64,000 nt of DNA from NCBI GenBank assembly GCA_002433055.1, contig DJHJ01000002.1, positions 401 through 64,400 on the forward strand. The letters run 5' to 3'. The notes below the pieces were generated by a model that was not told where the DNA came from, did no database searches, and was given only the letters and a program-made list of their open reading frames with translations. This DNA comes from Acidobacteriia bacterium UBA6623 (lineage in GTDB: Bacteria > Acidobacteriota > Terriglobia > Bryobacterales > UBA6623). A program made the position numbers and the translations under genes. Positions 30,401 through 38,669 of the stretch are shown here, piece by piece (positions within the stretch are counted from its first letter, which is position 1; each line of letters opens with the position of its first letter).

Positions 30401-31116
30401 TATTGATTGGCGGGCAGTGTCCATGGAGTTGTTGTCCAGATTAATAGATGAGTTCCTGGTTCATCTTCGAGTTCCAATGCCACATAGACGGAAGGATCTT
30501 CTACCTCCTTGTATCCAAGACCAACCTCACCTGCCGAAAGTGCAGTACCGCCTTGCGGCCACCACCATACGATCTTGTGCCCTTGGTATAGCAAATCTTT
30601 GTGGAACAATTCCGAGAGTGCCCACCAGACACTTTCGACGTAGCTCTTGTGGTAGGTGACGTAGGCATCTTCGAGATCGACCCAAAAGCCGACTCGGTTG
30701 GTCATTTTTTCCCACTGCTCGGTGTAACGAAATACTGATTGCATACATTTCAGAATGAATTTCTTAACACCGTACTCTTCGATTGCTTCCTTACCGTGAA
30801 TGCCAAGTTCTTTTTCAACCTCAACTTCAACTGGAAGGCCGTGAGTATCCCATCCGGCTTTGCGTGGAACGTAAAAGCCGCACATTGTGCGGTAGCGCAG
30901 AAAAATATCTTTAATGACACGAGTAAGTACGTGTCCATTGTGTGGAAGCCCGTTTGCAGTGGGTGGCCCTTCGTAAAAAATGAACTTAGGACAGCCTTCA
31001 CGATTTCGAAGACTCTTTTCAAAAATTTCGTGCTCCACCCAAAACTTCCCGATTGATGCTTCTAGCTCGGGAAAATCGACGATTGGTTTCGCTTTATCAA
31101 ATTTAGATACACTCAT
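27460..31116 (-). CDS. ileS: Isoleucine--tRNA ligase, type 2 (eukaryote/archaeal-like), unusually long
   Basis: HIGH-type motif PHNGH, CP1 editing region (TTTPWTLPAN), KMSKS-type KESKSKGN, and GADAFRW. Confidence 0.97.
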   Translation of the reverse strand: MSVSKFDKAKPIVDFPELEASIGKFWVEHEIFEKSLRNREGCPKFIFYEGPPTANGLPHNGHVLTRVIKDIFLRYRTMCGFYVPRKAGWDTHGLPVEVEVEKELGIHGKEAIEEYGVKKFILKCMQSVFRYTEQWEKMTNRVGFWVDLEDAYVTYHKSYVESVWWALSELFHKDLLYQGHKIVWWWPQGGTALSAGEVGLGYKEVEDPSVYVALELEDEPGTHLLIWTTTPWTLPANQYVAVKEDYDYVQVRDDAHSIILAADLRETIAEKLGRELPIEKEIKGIDLVGRRYRPPLDYYTKRYCDLLVKSKAGDSINALWTVLSGDFVELDQGTGLVHEAPAFGEVDYELFLKTRNSFVDGQKIPLLCPVGPDGKFTNETPDLEGVFVKDADRLIIAKLKEEGVLLHRENYRHDYPFCWRADNDPLIQYARPAWFVRTTEHIRDAIANNESAKWLPEHIGTGRFGDFLTNNVDWALSRERYWGTPLNIWINDETGNMQAPSSVKEIESKNPEAFLHFKKEQQDNPDLSDHLMVHKPWIDEVTWVEPNEPGVYRRIPEVIDCWFDSGCMPFAQFGYPHKGGKEFEDSFPADFITEAIDQTRGWFYSQLMISTLVFDKKTQQRCGFTEERDYPHPFRTCIVLGHVTDPTGKKESKSKGNYTPPEVIFDRVINEFAVVSSEKAGMPVKEDEVLLCREEVQALDATPGTVMKLSTGSLDGRSKSFTVQQAKKLPRRVAVISTKNCSDLALSSTPSGLNVQPNDVTRLPANQKLTLESTHGSAPGADAFRWFFFAANPPWSPTRHSLSNVRMLQKELPLKLRNVYSFFTIYANIDSFDPVTTTGQPLKKRTLLDRWILSETALVNSKVKSLMDNYSVYEAAEELSSFVDALSNWYLRRSRRRYWKSEQDIDKQDAYATLYQALTTVTNLVAPFVPFLAEEIYQNLVRKPFGNQQPESVHLCDFSVPDEAAIDHKLSDEMAFVRSIVSLGLRVRTDHKLKVRQPLSLAEIVLSDESYRAALENYRDLIAEELNVQEVTFVGSDEGHVRYAVRPNFRRLGPRLGKKMPIAKKAFQNVDASQLRHDLLSTGKIEMEIGDETITLNAEDVEVLVESTEDYAAAGDQQSVVVLNTNLTEELLQEGLYRELLRRIQDLRKELNVEYTSRIKLSIEASQRIKSVLEIRRKHFMEETLCTTLNIEKIDSNQENYREIEISGETVMVVLSLH

Positions 31117-31171
31117 GAGTTCAAAGATATACTTTTGATTTTAGGGCTTTTTTTCGTGATGTGAAAAATAT

Positions 31172-32425
31172 ATGCAATGTAGATGTTATCTTCCTTATCT
31201 TCTGTTCTTGTGGTTGACGCTGACAGTGCTTCATCCTGCTGATAGTCGGGCTGAAGAGGTACTTTGGTTTGACAGCTACGACGAAGCTGTTGATGAGGCC
31301 AAACGGACTGGCAAACCAATTTTTTTGGAATTCAGATGTGAACCTTGAAGAGCTGGGCGCGAATTCGACGCACAGGTTGTGCTGTCATCGCTTCAGACTC
31401 ACCGCGGTCGACTTATGAGTGAGTACGTCTGTGTGCGTATTACTCGGATGGACGATGTCGATATAGGTTTGTTTGATTACGACAGGTATAACACGCTCTA
31501 TTTTTTCCTACTTAATGCCGAAGAACACATCTACATGCGTTACGGGGGGCGCGATTCTTCTTCGCCGAACAAATATCTCAACCTAGATAGTCTCGAATTG
31601 GCTCTTGAGCAAGGACTTGCAATCCATAGACGTTACCTTAGTGGTGATTGGTTGCCTTCCCAGCGCCCAAAACAGCTTTTGCCGGAAGAGATACCTGCAT
31701 TAGTCGAACAGACAACTGCAAGAGGTAGATGTGTGGAGTGTCATTTAATTGGAGATCTTCAGAATGTCCAGCGGGAAAGAGATGGAGTGCTGGATAAACT
31801 CTCCCAGATGTTTCGATCTCCAGACATAAAGCGACTGGGTATTGAGCTCGACATTCCAAAAGGATTGGTTGTGCAAGTATCTCGGGGAGCAGCTAGTGTA
31901 GCTGGCTTGTTAAGTGGCGATCGCATTGTTGAGTTTGAAGGAGTACCTGTGTGGACCTTCGGAGATTTGCAGTACGCGTATGACAAAGTTGACCGAAGAG
32001 CTAATCAGGTTCAACTGACAATTCAGCGTGCGATGCAACACATTGATATCAGCATTACTTTACCTGTACGTTGGTGGTGGACCGATTTAACCTACCGACA
32101 ATTGACTGTAGACCCAAGATCTTATTTCAAGTCAAGCCCCCTGACACCAGAGCGAAAGAAGACATTGGGCCTAGATTCACTCGGTTTTGCAGGAGAGGTA
32201 ACAAATATTGACTCAGTCGCTCAGTTGCTAAGCCTGCATACGTTGTCGATAGGGGACATTGTATTTGCGGTTAATGGTATTGGTCGTGATAAAGTTGCTA
32301 ACACGCCAGAGTTATTTATTCAGTTGCATACCAGAGCAGGGGACACGCTGACACTAGGAGTAATTCGTAAAGGGGTGCGTATGTTGATGACATTGAAAAC
32401 GGCTAGGATGAGCTATAGGAAATGA
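31172..32425 (+). CDS. Candidate selenoprotein: exported thioredoxin-fold (Thioredoxin_7-like) protein with a C-E-P-U motif and two PDZ-like domains; TGA 31346-31348 read as Sec
   Basis: The frame of the 31379 ORF is open upstream to ATG 31172 apart from one TGA. The upstream part reads MQCRCYLPYLLFLWLTLTVLHPADSRA (signal peptide), then EEVLWFDSYDEAVDEAKRTGKPIFLEFRCEP-TGA-RAGREFD. This puts the TGA exactly at the second Cys position of a CxxC thioredoxin motif. A SECIS-like hairpin follows. Downstream are PDZ-like segments (GLLSGDRIVEFEGVPV; SIGDIVFAVNG). Confidence 0.7.
31367..31386 (+). promoter_or_regulatory. SECIS-like hairpin downstream of the in-frame UGA
   Basis: GACGCAC-AGGUU-GUGC(U)GUC gives 7 bp with a bulged U (31383) and an apical loop AGGUU containing GGU. 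It starts 18 nt after the UGA. UGAAG (31346-31350) can also pair with CUUCA (31391-31395) to close a longer element. Confidence 0.5.
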
Positions 32426-33075
32426 CTCGAGTACCAGTATCGCTTGGATCGTTTAACCGATGCGTAGTTGCGATTTTTCAAAACACAGCTAAATGTCGAC
32501 GTCCTCTGCTGCAGGTGAGTATCGCCTATATTTTTCTTGTAGCTTCCCCATACGTTTACGCTTCGGGTTGGAGTGATTCGGTCGAGGTATTGTGGAACTA
32601 TCAGCCGGTAGTTACTTATAGAGCAAAGTTTGATGGGTCATTCCTTATCGTCGAAGTACACCATCAGCCTGGATGGCACACATATGCAATGGATAATCGG
32701 CTTCGAGCTAGAGAAAAGCTAGCTGGGCGAAACTCCTTGGGAATAGATACCCCGACAACCATCGCGGTAAGCGATGAATTAGAGATGTCTGGCGTGTGGT
32801 ACCAATCTCCACCAAACGACTACTCGAAACCAAAATTACGTTGGTTCACTTGGGGGTTTGAAGGGTATGCAGTGTTTGCATCTGCTGTGAAAAAAATTGG
32901 CGCAGGATCTGTCACGGTTGAGGTCCACGGACAGGCGTGTGATGAAAATAGTTGTCGCAATATAGAACTTGACTTGCTGGTGCCTCTAGACAGAACAGAA
33001 GGCATGTTCAGCGAGAAGTTCAGCCTAGAAAAATTAACTAAAGTTCGGCAGGGTAATAGCATTCAAGACAGATAG
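32422..33075 (+). CDS. DsbD-alpha-like (DsbC/DsbD N-terminal domain family) exported thiol:disulfide protein
   Basis: ATGA overlap with the upstream gene. Signal peptide (IAYIFLVASPYVYA). GWHTYA motif and C-terminal GQACDENSC Cys pair resemble the DsbD N-terminal immunoglobulin-like domain. Confidence 0.65.
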   Translation: MTRVPVSLGSFNRCVVAIFQNTAKCRRPLLQVSIAYIFLVASPYVYASGWSDSVEVLWNYQPVVTYRAKFDGSFLIVEVHHQPGWHTYAMDNRLRAREKLAGRNSLGIDTPTTIAVSDELEMSGVWYQSPPNDYSKPKLRWFTWGFEGYAVFASAVKKIGAGSVTVEVHGQACDENSCRNIELDLLVPLDRTEGMFSEKFSLEKLTKVRQGNSIQDR

Positions 33076-33196
33076 AACTTTTTTTATCAATATGGACTCT
33101 GTACCTACGTGATTTGAATCATCCGTTGTTTGTGTCCGTGCTTTTTGAACGATGCTGTTCGTTGACCCAACTGCCATATTCTGAGAAGATCCTCTC

Positions 33197-33937
33197 ATGT
33201 GGACTTCAAGTGCCTCGCCCGCTATTTTATCGATAGTGATCTCTCTGGGTAGCTGCCTATCCACTCCAGTGAGCCAGGCTGCCACGGATCTTCCAATTAC
33301 GCAAGCGAAGCAGCTTTCACAAGCTAATGAAACAAGACGAAATCGTCAGATTGCTCCGGTGATGAGTGCTGTCCATGCTGATTGGTTGACACGACCGGAA
33401 CGAGATGCTGAAGAACAGCCGGATCGTTTGATAGAGGCTCTTAGTATTTCGGAGGGTGCAACGGTCGTAGATCTTGGAGCCGGAGTGGGGTATTTTACCT
33501 GGCGGTTGGCCAAGCAAGTAGGTTCGCGAGGACGTGTTCTAGCAGTTGATATACAACAGAGAATGATCGACCTTCTGGAGCGCAATTTGTCTGAAAAAGG
33601 GATCCATAATGTTGAAGCGATTCTGGCAAGCGAGGACAACCCTGGTTTACCTGTAGGGGAAGTCGATCTTGTGTTGATGGTTGATGTTTACCATGAACTC
33701 CAACAGCCGGAAAAAACCATTAAGCACGTAAGGCAATCTTTAAAACCGGATGGAAGACTCGTATTGGTAGAGTATCGCAAGGAAGACCCCACGATCCCTA
33801 TTCATCCACTTCACAAAATGACTGTTGAGCAAGCCCGTTTCGAACTCGGACTAATGAATTTCCAACTCACTGACTTGTTGGACTTTTTGCCTCGTCAGCA
33901 TATTCTTATTTTCAAAGATGCGGCTCAGTATCAGTAA
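33197..33937 (+). CDS. Class I SAM-dependent methyltransferase with N-terminal signal/lipoprotein-like peptide
   Basis: VVDLGAGVGYFT SAM motif I, VLAVDI, LKPDGRLVLVEY, and an N-terminal hydrophobic leader ILSIVISLGSC. Confidence 0.85.
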   Translation: MWTSSASPAILSIVISLGSCLSTPVSQAATDLPITQAKQLSQANETRRNRQIAPVMSAVHADWLTRPERDAEEQPDRLIEALSISEGATVVDLGAGVGYFTWRLAKQVGSRGRVLAVDIQQRMIDLLERNLSEKGIHNVEAILASEDNPGLPVGEVDLVLMVDVYHELQQPEKTIKHVRQSLKPDGRLVLVEYRKEDPTIPIHPLHKMTVEQARFELGLMNFQLTDLLDFLPRQHILIFKDAAQYQ

Positions 33938-34029
33938 CTTAATGACAATTTACTGTACTAGATTTAGAGTCTGACGATACGGATTCCGGTAGCTATATTA
34001 CTTAACCAGTGAGTGGAAATTATGTGTGT

Positions 34030-34845
34030 CTAATCTTGAGTTGGTTGAGGTAAGGGTGTGAGGTCTGCGTGGGTGAATTTTAACACCCAGCGAACAGCCT
34101 CTAGCCATATTTTTTGAATGCTTGGATTGTCCCAAACTTCACGACGATGCCCCAACAAGTTGACAAATACACGCCCTGTACCCCACTGGCGTGCCCAGGC
34201 TATCGCAAAGTCACGATCGGAGCGTCGGACGTTTTTAGCATTCAGGTCGATCGATGTGGTATCTAGGCTCATCAGAACTCGCTTATCGCTACGCGAATAG
34301 TGGTCAAGCTGATATATCTCGTCAGTAATTTCAAATATTGGCGGCAAGTGTTTCGTTATTGGAAAGGTGCGATCCTCTACCCGGATGCGAACTTTTTGAT
34401 GCCACGGGTGGCTATCAAAAGCACCACCGACCATTTCAATGTATTCGGGCCAACTTGCACGAAAACTATCCGTAGCACTGTGGGTGCCAAGAAACCCTTT
34501 ACCATCCTCTTTAATGAATGACATAATGTCCGTCTTTTGCTGTTCGGTTAGAAGTAAATCGCCTTGTGAGAAAAACATTATGGCATCGAAATAGTTGAGG
34601 TTTTTTTTGTTAGACCCTAGCTTTTCTTTGGTGAGAAGTTCTAAATCTGTGTGGAAACGAACATCGAACAGACCACTTTCTTTGCCGATCTTTTCCATCG
34701 TGTACATTGCATGTGATACGGAATCATGAGCCCAGTCTACACTGGCACCCAGGAAGAGAATATGTTTTTTTTCTTTAGTTTCGTTTGCCCAGGCAGCTTC
34801 CACTGATAGGGTCAGTAGTATAACGATATAAAGTGATTTCAACAT
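34030..34845 (-). CDS. ThuA domain-containing protein (exported)
   Basis: Start chosen at ATG 34845 (MLKSLYIVILLTLSVEAAWA signal peptide), because the longer ORF would overlap dnaJ. FDAIMFFSQGDL, GKGFLGTHSATD and GHRREVWDNP are ThuA-like. Confidence 0.8.
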   Translation of the reverse strand: MLKSLYIVILLTLSVEAAWANETKEKKHILFLGASVDWAHDSVSHAMYTMEKIGKESGLFDVRFHTDLELLTKEKLGSNKKNLNYFDAIMFFSQGDLLLTEQQKTDIMSFIKEDGKGFLGTHSATDSFRASWPEYIEMVGGAFDSHPWHQKVRIRVEDRTFPITKHLPPIFEITDEIYQLDHYSRSDKRVLMSLDTTSIDLNAKNVRRSDRDFAIAWARQWGTGRVFVNLLGHRREVWDNPSIQKIWLEAVRWVLKFTHADLTPLPQPTQD

Positions 34846-34939
34846 AAAACCGGGCCTCCAGAGCTGCAGAGTAGCACGTGCTTCGTACCAATAGAAGGGC
34901 AGTAGCAATGATGTCAAAGTGGGGTTATTACATGAAACT

Positions 34940-36052
34940 CTATCCACCAAAAAAATCTTTAACTTTTTCGAATACACCCTTTTCCACTGGATTGTTGTCG
35001 ACGGGAAGATCTTCTAGTAATTGTTCAAACAGTTTACGTTGTGTTTTTGTTAATTTTTGAGGGGTTGAGACTTTTGTATGTATGATCAAATCTCCTCGCC
35101 GACCACTGCGTAGGTCGGCGATTCCCTGATGACGTATGCGGAACTTAGTGCCGGTTTGTGTCCCAGCCGGAATTCGAAGCCCCGCCGTTCCTTCCAGTGT
35201 TGGCACATCAATTTCTGTCCCTAAAGAAGCTTGAGCAAAATTAATCGGGACCTGGCAGTGTAAGTCGTTCTCTGAACGTTCGAATATCGAGTGTTCTCGT
35301 ACATGTAGAACTACGTAGAGGTCACCGGGGCTAGCCCCTTCGGCACCACTTTCTCCTTCGCCGTTGAGCCTGAGTCTAGTGCCTGTGTCAACACCCGCTG
35401 GCACATTAACTTTCAGGGTTCGTTGCTTCTGAACTGTGCCTTCGCCTCTGCAACCGGAGCAAGGATTTTCTATGATACGACCGGTTCCTCGGCAACTTGA
35501 ACACGGGCGACTGACAGAGAAAAATCCTTGTTGAAACTGAACCTGGCCATGTCCGCCACATTGACCACACACAGTTGGGCCACTACCCTTTGCTGACCCA
35601 CTACCGTTACATTCATCGCAGCGTTCCATCCGTGGGAAACGGATTTCTGTATTCAAACCGAAAGCCGCATCTTTGAAGTCGACTTCTAGATCATATTGGA
35701 GATCTGAGCCACGGCGGGAACGCCCGCGTCGTCCTTGACCAAATAGGTCTCCAAAACCGAAGAAATCTCCAAATATGTCACCGAAGTCACTGAAATCGGA
35801 AGGATTGAATCCACCTGAGCCTGCGCCTGAAAGCCCCTGATGTCCAAAGCGATCGTACCTGTTCCTCTTGTCATTGTCACTTAGAACACTATAAGCTTCC
35901 GCTGCTGCTTTGAATTTCTCTTCTGCTGTTGCATCACCAGGATTACGATCGGGATGATGCTGCATTGCCATTTTACGGTAAGCACTTTTTATATCTTGAT
36001 CGCTCGCGTTGCGGTCAACGCCAAGAAGCTCGTAATAGTCTTGCTTTTCCAC
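34940..36052 (-). CDS. dnaJ: Molecular chaperone DnaJ
   Basis: J-domain DYYELLGV...HPDRN, a G/F-rich linker, and four CxxCxGxG zinc-finger repeats ([32 protein letters not shown]). Confidence 0.97.
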   Translation of the reverse strand: MEKQDYYELLGVDRNASDQDIKSAYRKMAMQHHPDRNPGDATAEEKFKAAAEAYSVLSDNDKRNRYDRFGHQGLSGAGSGGFNPSDFSDFGDIFGDFFGFGDLFGQGRRGRSRRGSDLQYDLEVDFKDAAFGLNTEIRFPRMERCDECNGSGSAKGSGPTVCGQCGGHGQVQFQQGFFSVSRPCSSCRGTGRIIENPCSGCRGEGTVQKQRTLKVNVPAGVDTGTRLRLNGEGESGAEGASPGDLYVVLHVREHSIFERSENDLHCQVPINFAQASLGTEIDVPTLEGTAGLRIPAGTQTGTKFRIRHQGIADLRSGRRGDLIIHTKVSTPQKLTKTQRKLFEQLLEDLPVDNNPVEKGVFEKVKDFFGG

Positions 36053-36145
36053 TGCTATTCCTAACTTACTGATTCGTTCTGGCCAAACTCTCTACACTTT
36101 TAAAACCAGGTGAGAGTAGTGTGAAAACCTGATTGATCATCGTTG

Positions 36146-36877
36146 TCAGTCTTTTACCGCAACCTTGACAAGTGCGGCACGTAATAGACGGTCTTTGAAT
36201 AAGTAACCCTTCTGAAATACTTCTAAAATATCTTGATCGTGTTCGTCGTTTTCTGTGGGTGCTTTATCCACCGCGTGATGCAGATGAGGGTTGAATTTAG
36301 TGTTTTTGACGGGGACTTCTTTTAGGCCGGCACGTTTAAAGACTTCAGCAATCCTCTCATGAATCATCTCCAACCCTTGATGTAGTTGAGGGTCGATATC
36401 AGGTGTTTCAAGCGCACGTTCAAAATCGTCTACGATCGGCAACAAAGACTCAATTGTCTCCATGGCAGCATATTGCAATAAAGCCGATTTTTCTTTGGCT
36501 AGACGTTTACGAACATTCTCAAAATCTGCTTGTGTTCTCTGAAACCTTTCAAGTAATTCTGAGTTTTCACTCCGCAGATTCTCTATTGTGGTTGCTAGCT
36601 GCTCAGTGGTAACGGTAGCTACTGCGTCGGGACCGTTTTTTTTGTGCTTAGATCCTGTAAATTTTTTTTGAGATATTTTTTCCTCTGCTTCCAGTTTTTC
36701 ATTTGGAGAGTCACTGGGAGCGCTAGTCTCATTTAAGCTCGACCTATGGTCTCGATCTCCACCGTTTTCGATGGGTCGCAAAACTTCTGGACTGGAAGGC
36801 TCTTGCTCTCTTTGATTTGGCGAAGCTGTGTCCTTTTGCGGAAGGTTCGTCTGACCCTTTGTCTTTTTAGATTTCAC
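36146..36877 (-). CDS. grpE: Nucleotide exchange factor GrpE with extended low-complexity N-terminus
   Basis: RTQADFENVRKR and PHLHHAV..., with a C-terminal GYLFKDRLLRAALVKV. GTG start. Confidence 0.9.
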   Translation of the reverse strand: MKSKKTKGQTNLPQKDTASPNQREQEPSSPEVLRPIENGGDRDHRSSLNETSAPSDSPNEKLEAEEKISQKKFTGSKHKKNGPDAVATVTTEQLATTIENLRSENSELLERFQRTQADFENVRKRLAKEKSALLQYAAMETIESLLPIVDDFERALETPDIDPQLHQGLEMIHERIAEVFKRAGLKEVPVKNTKFNPHLHHAVDKAPTENDEHDQDILEVFQKGYLFKDRLLRAALVKVAVKD

Positions 36878-37069
36878 GTTTCCTCGGTATGCCCTGGGAG
36901 CAATGAGGTCTCCCTCAGTTAGTCAACAGTTCATTATTCAAGGTTGAATCACTAAGCTGGGAACCTAAAAAAGAACTTTGGCCACTTAACTTGTATGTTA
37001 ACAGAAGGTTTTTACTGTTTTGCTGAGTCGTTTTGTATTTCACTCGCCAAAGCGAATCGTTTGAATATG

Positions 37070-38029
37070 TCATAGTTCTGTTACTCGGCAAGCCTGCAGT
37101 AGTGCTCCATGTGCAGGTGAACGGCGTGGCATGAGGATTCTATTCGGTTTATCACAGATTGTCGCCACTTGTGCGTGAAACGCATCGAGAACAAATGTAG
37201 AACTAAAAACACCACCCGAGTAGTAGATCGAGACTGTTTCATCAGGTGTGAACAATTGTTGCCTGACTCCCTGAGCGAGATGAGCTAATGACAGACCTGC
37301 GCTGGCGAGGATTCTCTTTGCAACCGTGTCACCTGTCTTCGCTAAGCGATCTACTAGTAATGCAAATGATGCGATGGCATCTCTTGGCAGTTGTTCAGCG
37401 TAGAGCCGATGTAGTAGGTCATTCACCGTCGAGGAATTAGCATCTTTAAGAAGTGCTTTCCGTAAGCTAGTTTTTGGTCCCCAACCCTCTTCTGTTTTAA
37501 GTGCTGATCGCATCGCTTGTCGGGCGATGTCGAAGGCTCCACCCTCATCACCAAACGCATAGCCCCAACCTCCTGCTCGCGCTGTTTGGTGGGCACCGTT
37601 TTCTCCCCAGGCAATTGAGCCAGTGCCAGCGATCACAACGATTCCGGGTGACAATTCCCCAGCTCCCCATAATGCGATCTGCGCATCGGTGACGATTTTC
37701 AAGTGCTCAGCATTAATGCAGCGGGAAATAATTTCATGGACTTTTTCTGTATCGCCACTGATGCCACAACAGGCGGCTGTAAAATCAGTTGTTCGTTCTA
37801 GTTGCGCACCTTCAAGTGCTTGTGAAAGGGCATCTTTAATGGATGTTTCAGTTTTTTTGAGAGTATTATCTGAACCGCCATAATTTGTAGGTCCACTCAG
37901 TCCAGTTCCTAGAACTGTGCCTTCTTCGTTGCCGATGAGAATGGTGGTGTGTGACTGCCCTCCATCGAGACCCAAGTAAAAGCGATCTTGCGGTGACGAT
38001 GGATTAGGTGAGAGTTGCGGTTTAATCAT
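37070..38029 (-). CDS. BadF/BadG/BcrA/BcrD-type ATPase, N-acetylglucosamine kinase-like
   Basis: LGLDGGQSHT phosphate-1 motif, IAGTGSIAWG, and GGWGYAFGDEGGA are typical of the GlcNAc kinase / BadF family. Confidence 0.8.
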   Translation of the reverse strand: MIKPQLSPNPSSPQDRFYLGLDGGQSHTTILIGNEEGTVLGTGLSGPTNYGGSDNTLKKTETSIKDALSQALEGAQLERTTDFTAACCGISGDTEKVHEIISRCINAEHLKIVTDAQIALWGAGELSPGIVVIAGTGSIAWGENGAHQTARAGGWGYAFGDEGGAFDIARQAMRSALKTEEGWGPKTSLRKALLKDANSSTVNDLLHRLYAEQLPRDAIASFALLVDRLAKTGDTVAKRILASAGLSLAHLAQGVRQQLFTPDETVSIYYSGGVFSSTFVLDAFHAQVATICDKPNRILMPRRSPAHGALLQACRVTEL

Positions 38030-38631
38030 GGATTAGATGCTTTTCGCCGGCAATACGAGAAAATAAGCTGCCACTCGATCAGTTGAATTTCGACGAGTAA
38101 TTTTTCATTTTCTCTAGACATATTTTCTTTGACCAATTCGCATTGATCGACGAACCAAAAAGGATCCCATTCCGATTTAGTTTCTATTTCTGATGACAAT
38201 TGTTTTGCTGAAGTGCTACTTATTTCTTCAAGTCGACTGAGTGCGGTTTCGCGAAGCGTTAAAAAAAGATCGTGGCGGCCGGTCTGACGAAACCAATACT
38301 TGGAATTAGGAAAGTCGCATTCTTGACGATGCATGATGCCATGCAGAAGGCTTCCCGTCGACGAATTAATGGACTGGGAAATGGTATGGGATTCGTCAAT
38401 TGCGGAAAAGTACAGTAAGAAAACACTACGAAAACAGCCAGAAAATTCTTTAGAGGTAATAGAACTACCCAGTAGTTCCTCTGTCGATGAAGTGCGGAGA
38501 CGATTCAACCCTTCACCAACCAATGGTGCAATCGGTGCTAATGGCAGTAACCGTTTTCCTGCCTCAGCGGTCATAAGAATTTCCTGAGTTGTGTTGCAAT
38601 AACTCTTCAAGTCGAACATGCGTACCTCCAC
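38026..38631 (-). CDS. Conserved hypothetical protein (HGIMHRQExDFxNSKYWFRQ motif), translationally coupled to the kinase
   Basis: ATGA overlap with 37070..38029. No recognisable catalytic family. The coding call rests on ORF length, the coupling and the conserved-looking motif. Confidence 0.5.
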   Translation of the reverse strand: MEVRMFDLKSYCNTTQEILMTAEAGKRLLPLAPIAPLVGEGLNRLRTSSTEELLGSSITSKEFSGCFRSVFLLYFSAIDESHTISQSINSSTGSLLHGIMHRQECDFPNSKYWFRQTGRHDLFLTLRETALSRLEEISSTSAKQLSSEIETKSEWDPFWFVDQCELVKENMSRENEKLLVEIQLIEWQLIFSYCRRKASNP

Positions 38632-38669
38632 GGCAAGACGTCAACAAGCCTTAGTTAAACCCGGAGACC

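Noticed and set aside
31113-31319. 68-aa ORF on the minus strand between ileS and the next gene
   Set aside because: It overlaps, on the opposite strand, the signal-peptide/thioredoxin N-terminus of the candidate selenoprotein. It has no recognisable features, and its start would overlap the ileS start codon region.
34846-34977. N-terminal 44-codon extension of the ThuA ORF
   Set aside because: The extension would overlap the 3' end of dnaJ (34940..). The internal ATG at 34845 yields a clean signal peptide.
36878-37069. Searched upstream of grpE for a CIRCE (TTAGCACTC-N9-GAGTGCTAA) heat-shock operator
   Set aside because: No match or near-match is seen by eye, and no hrcA is present in the window.
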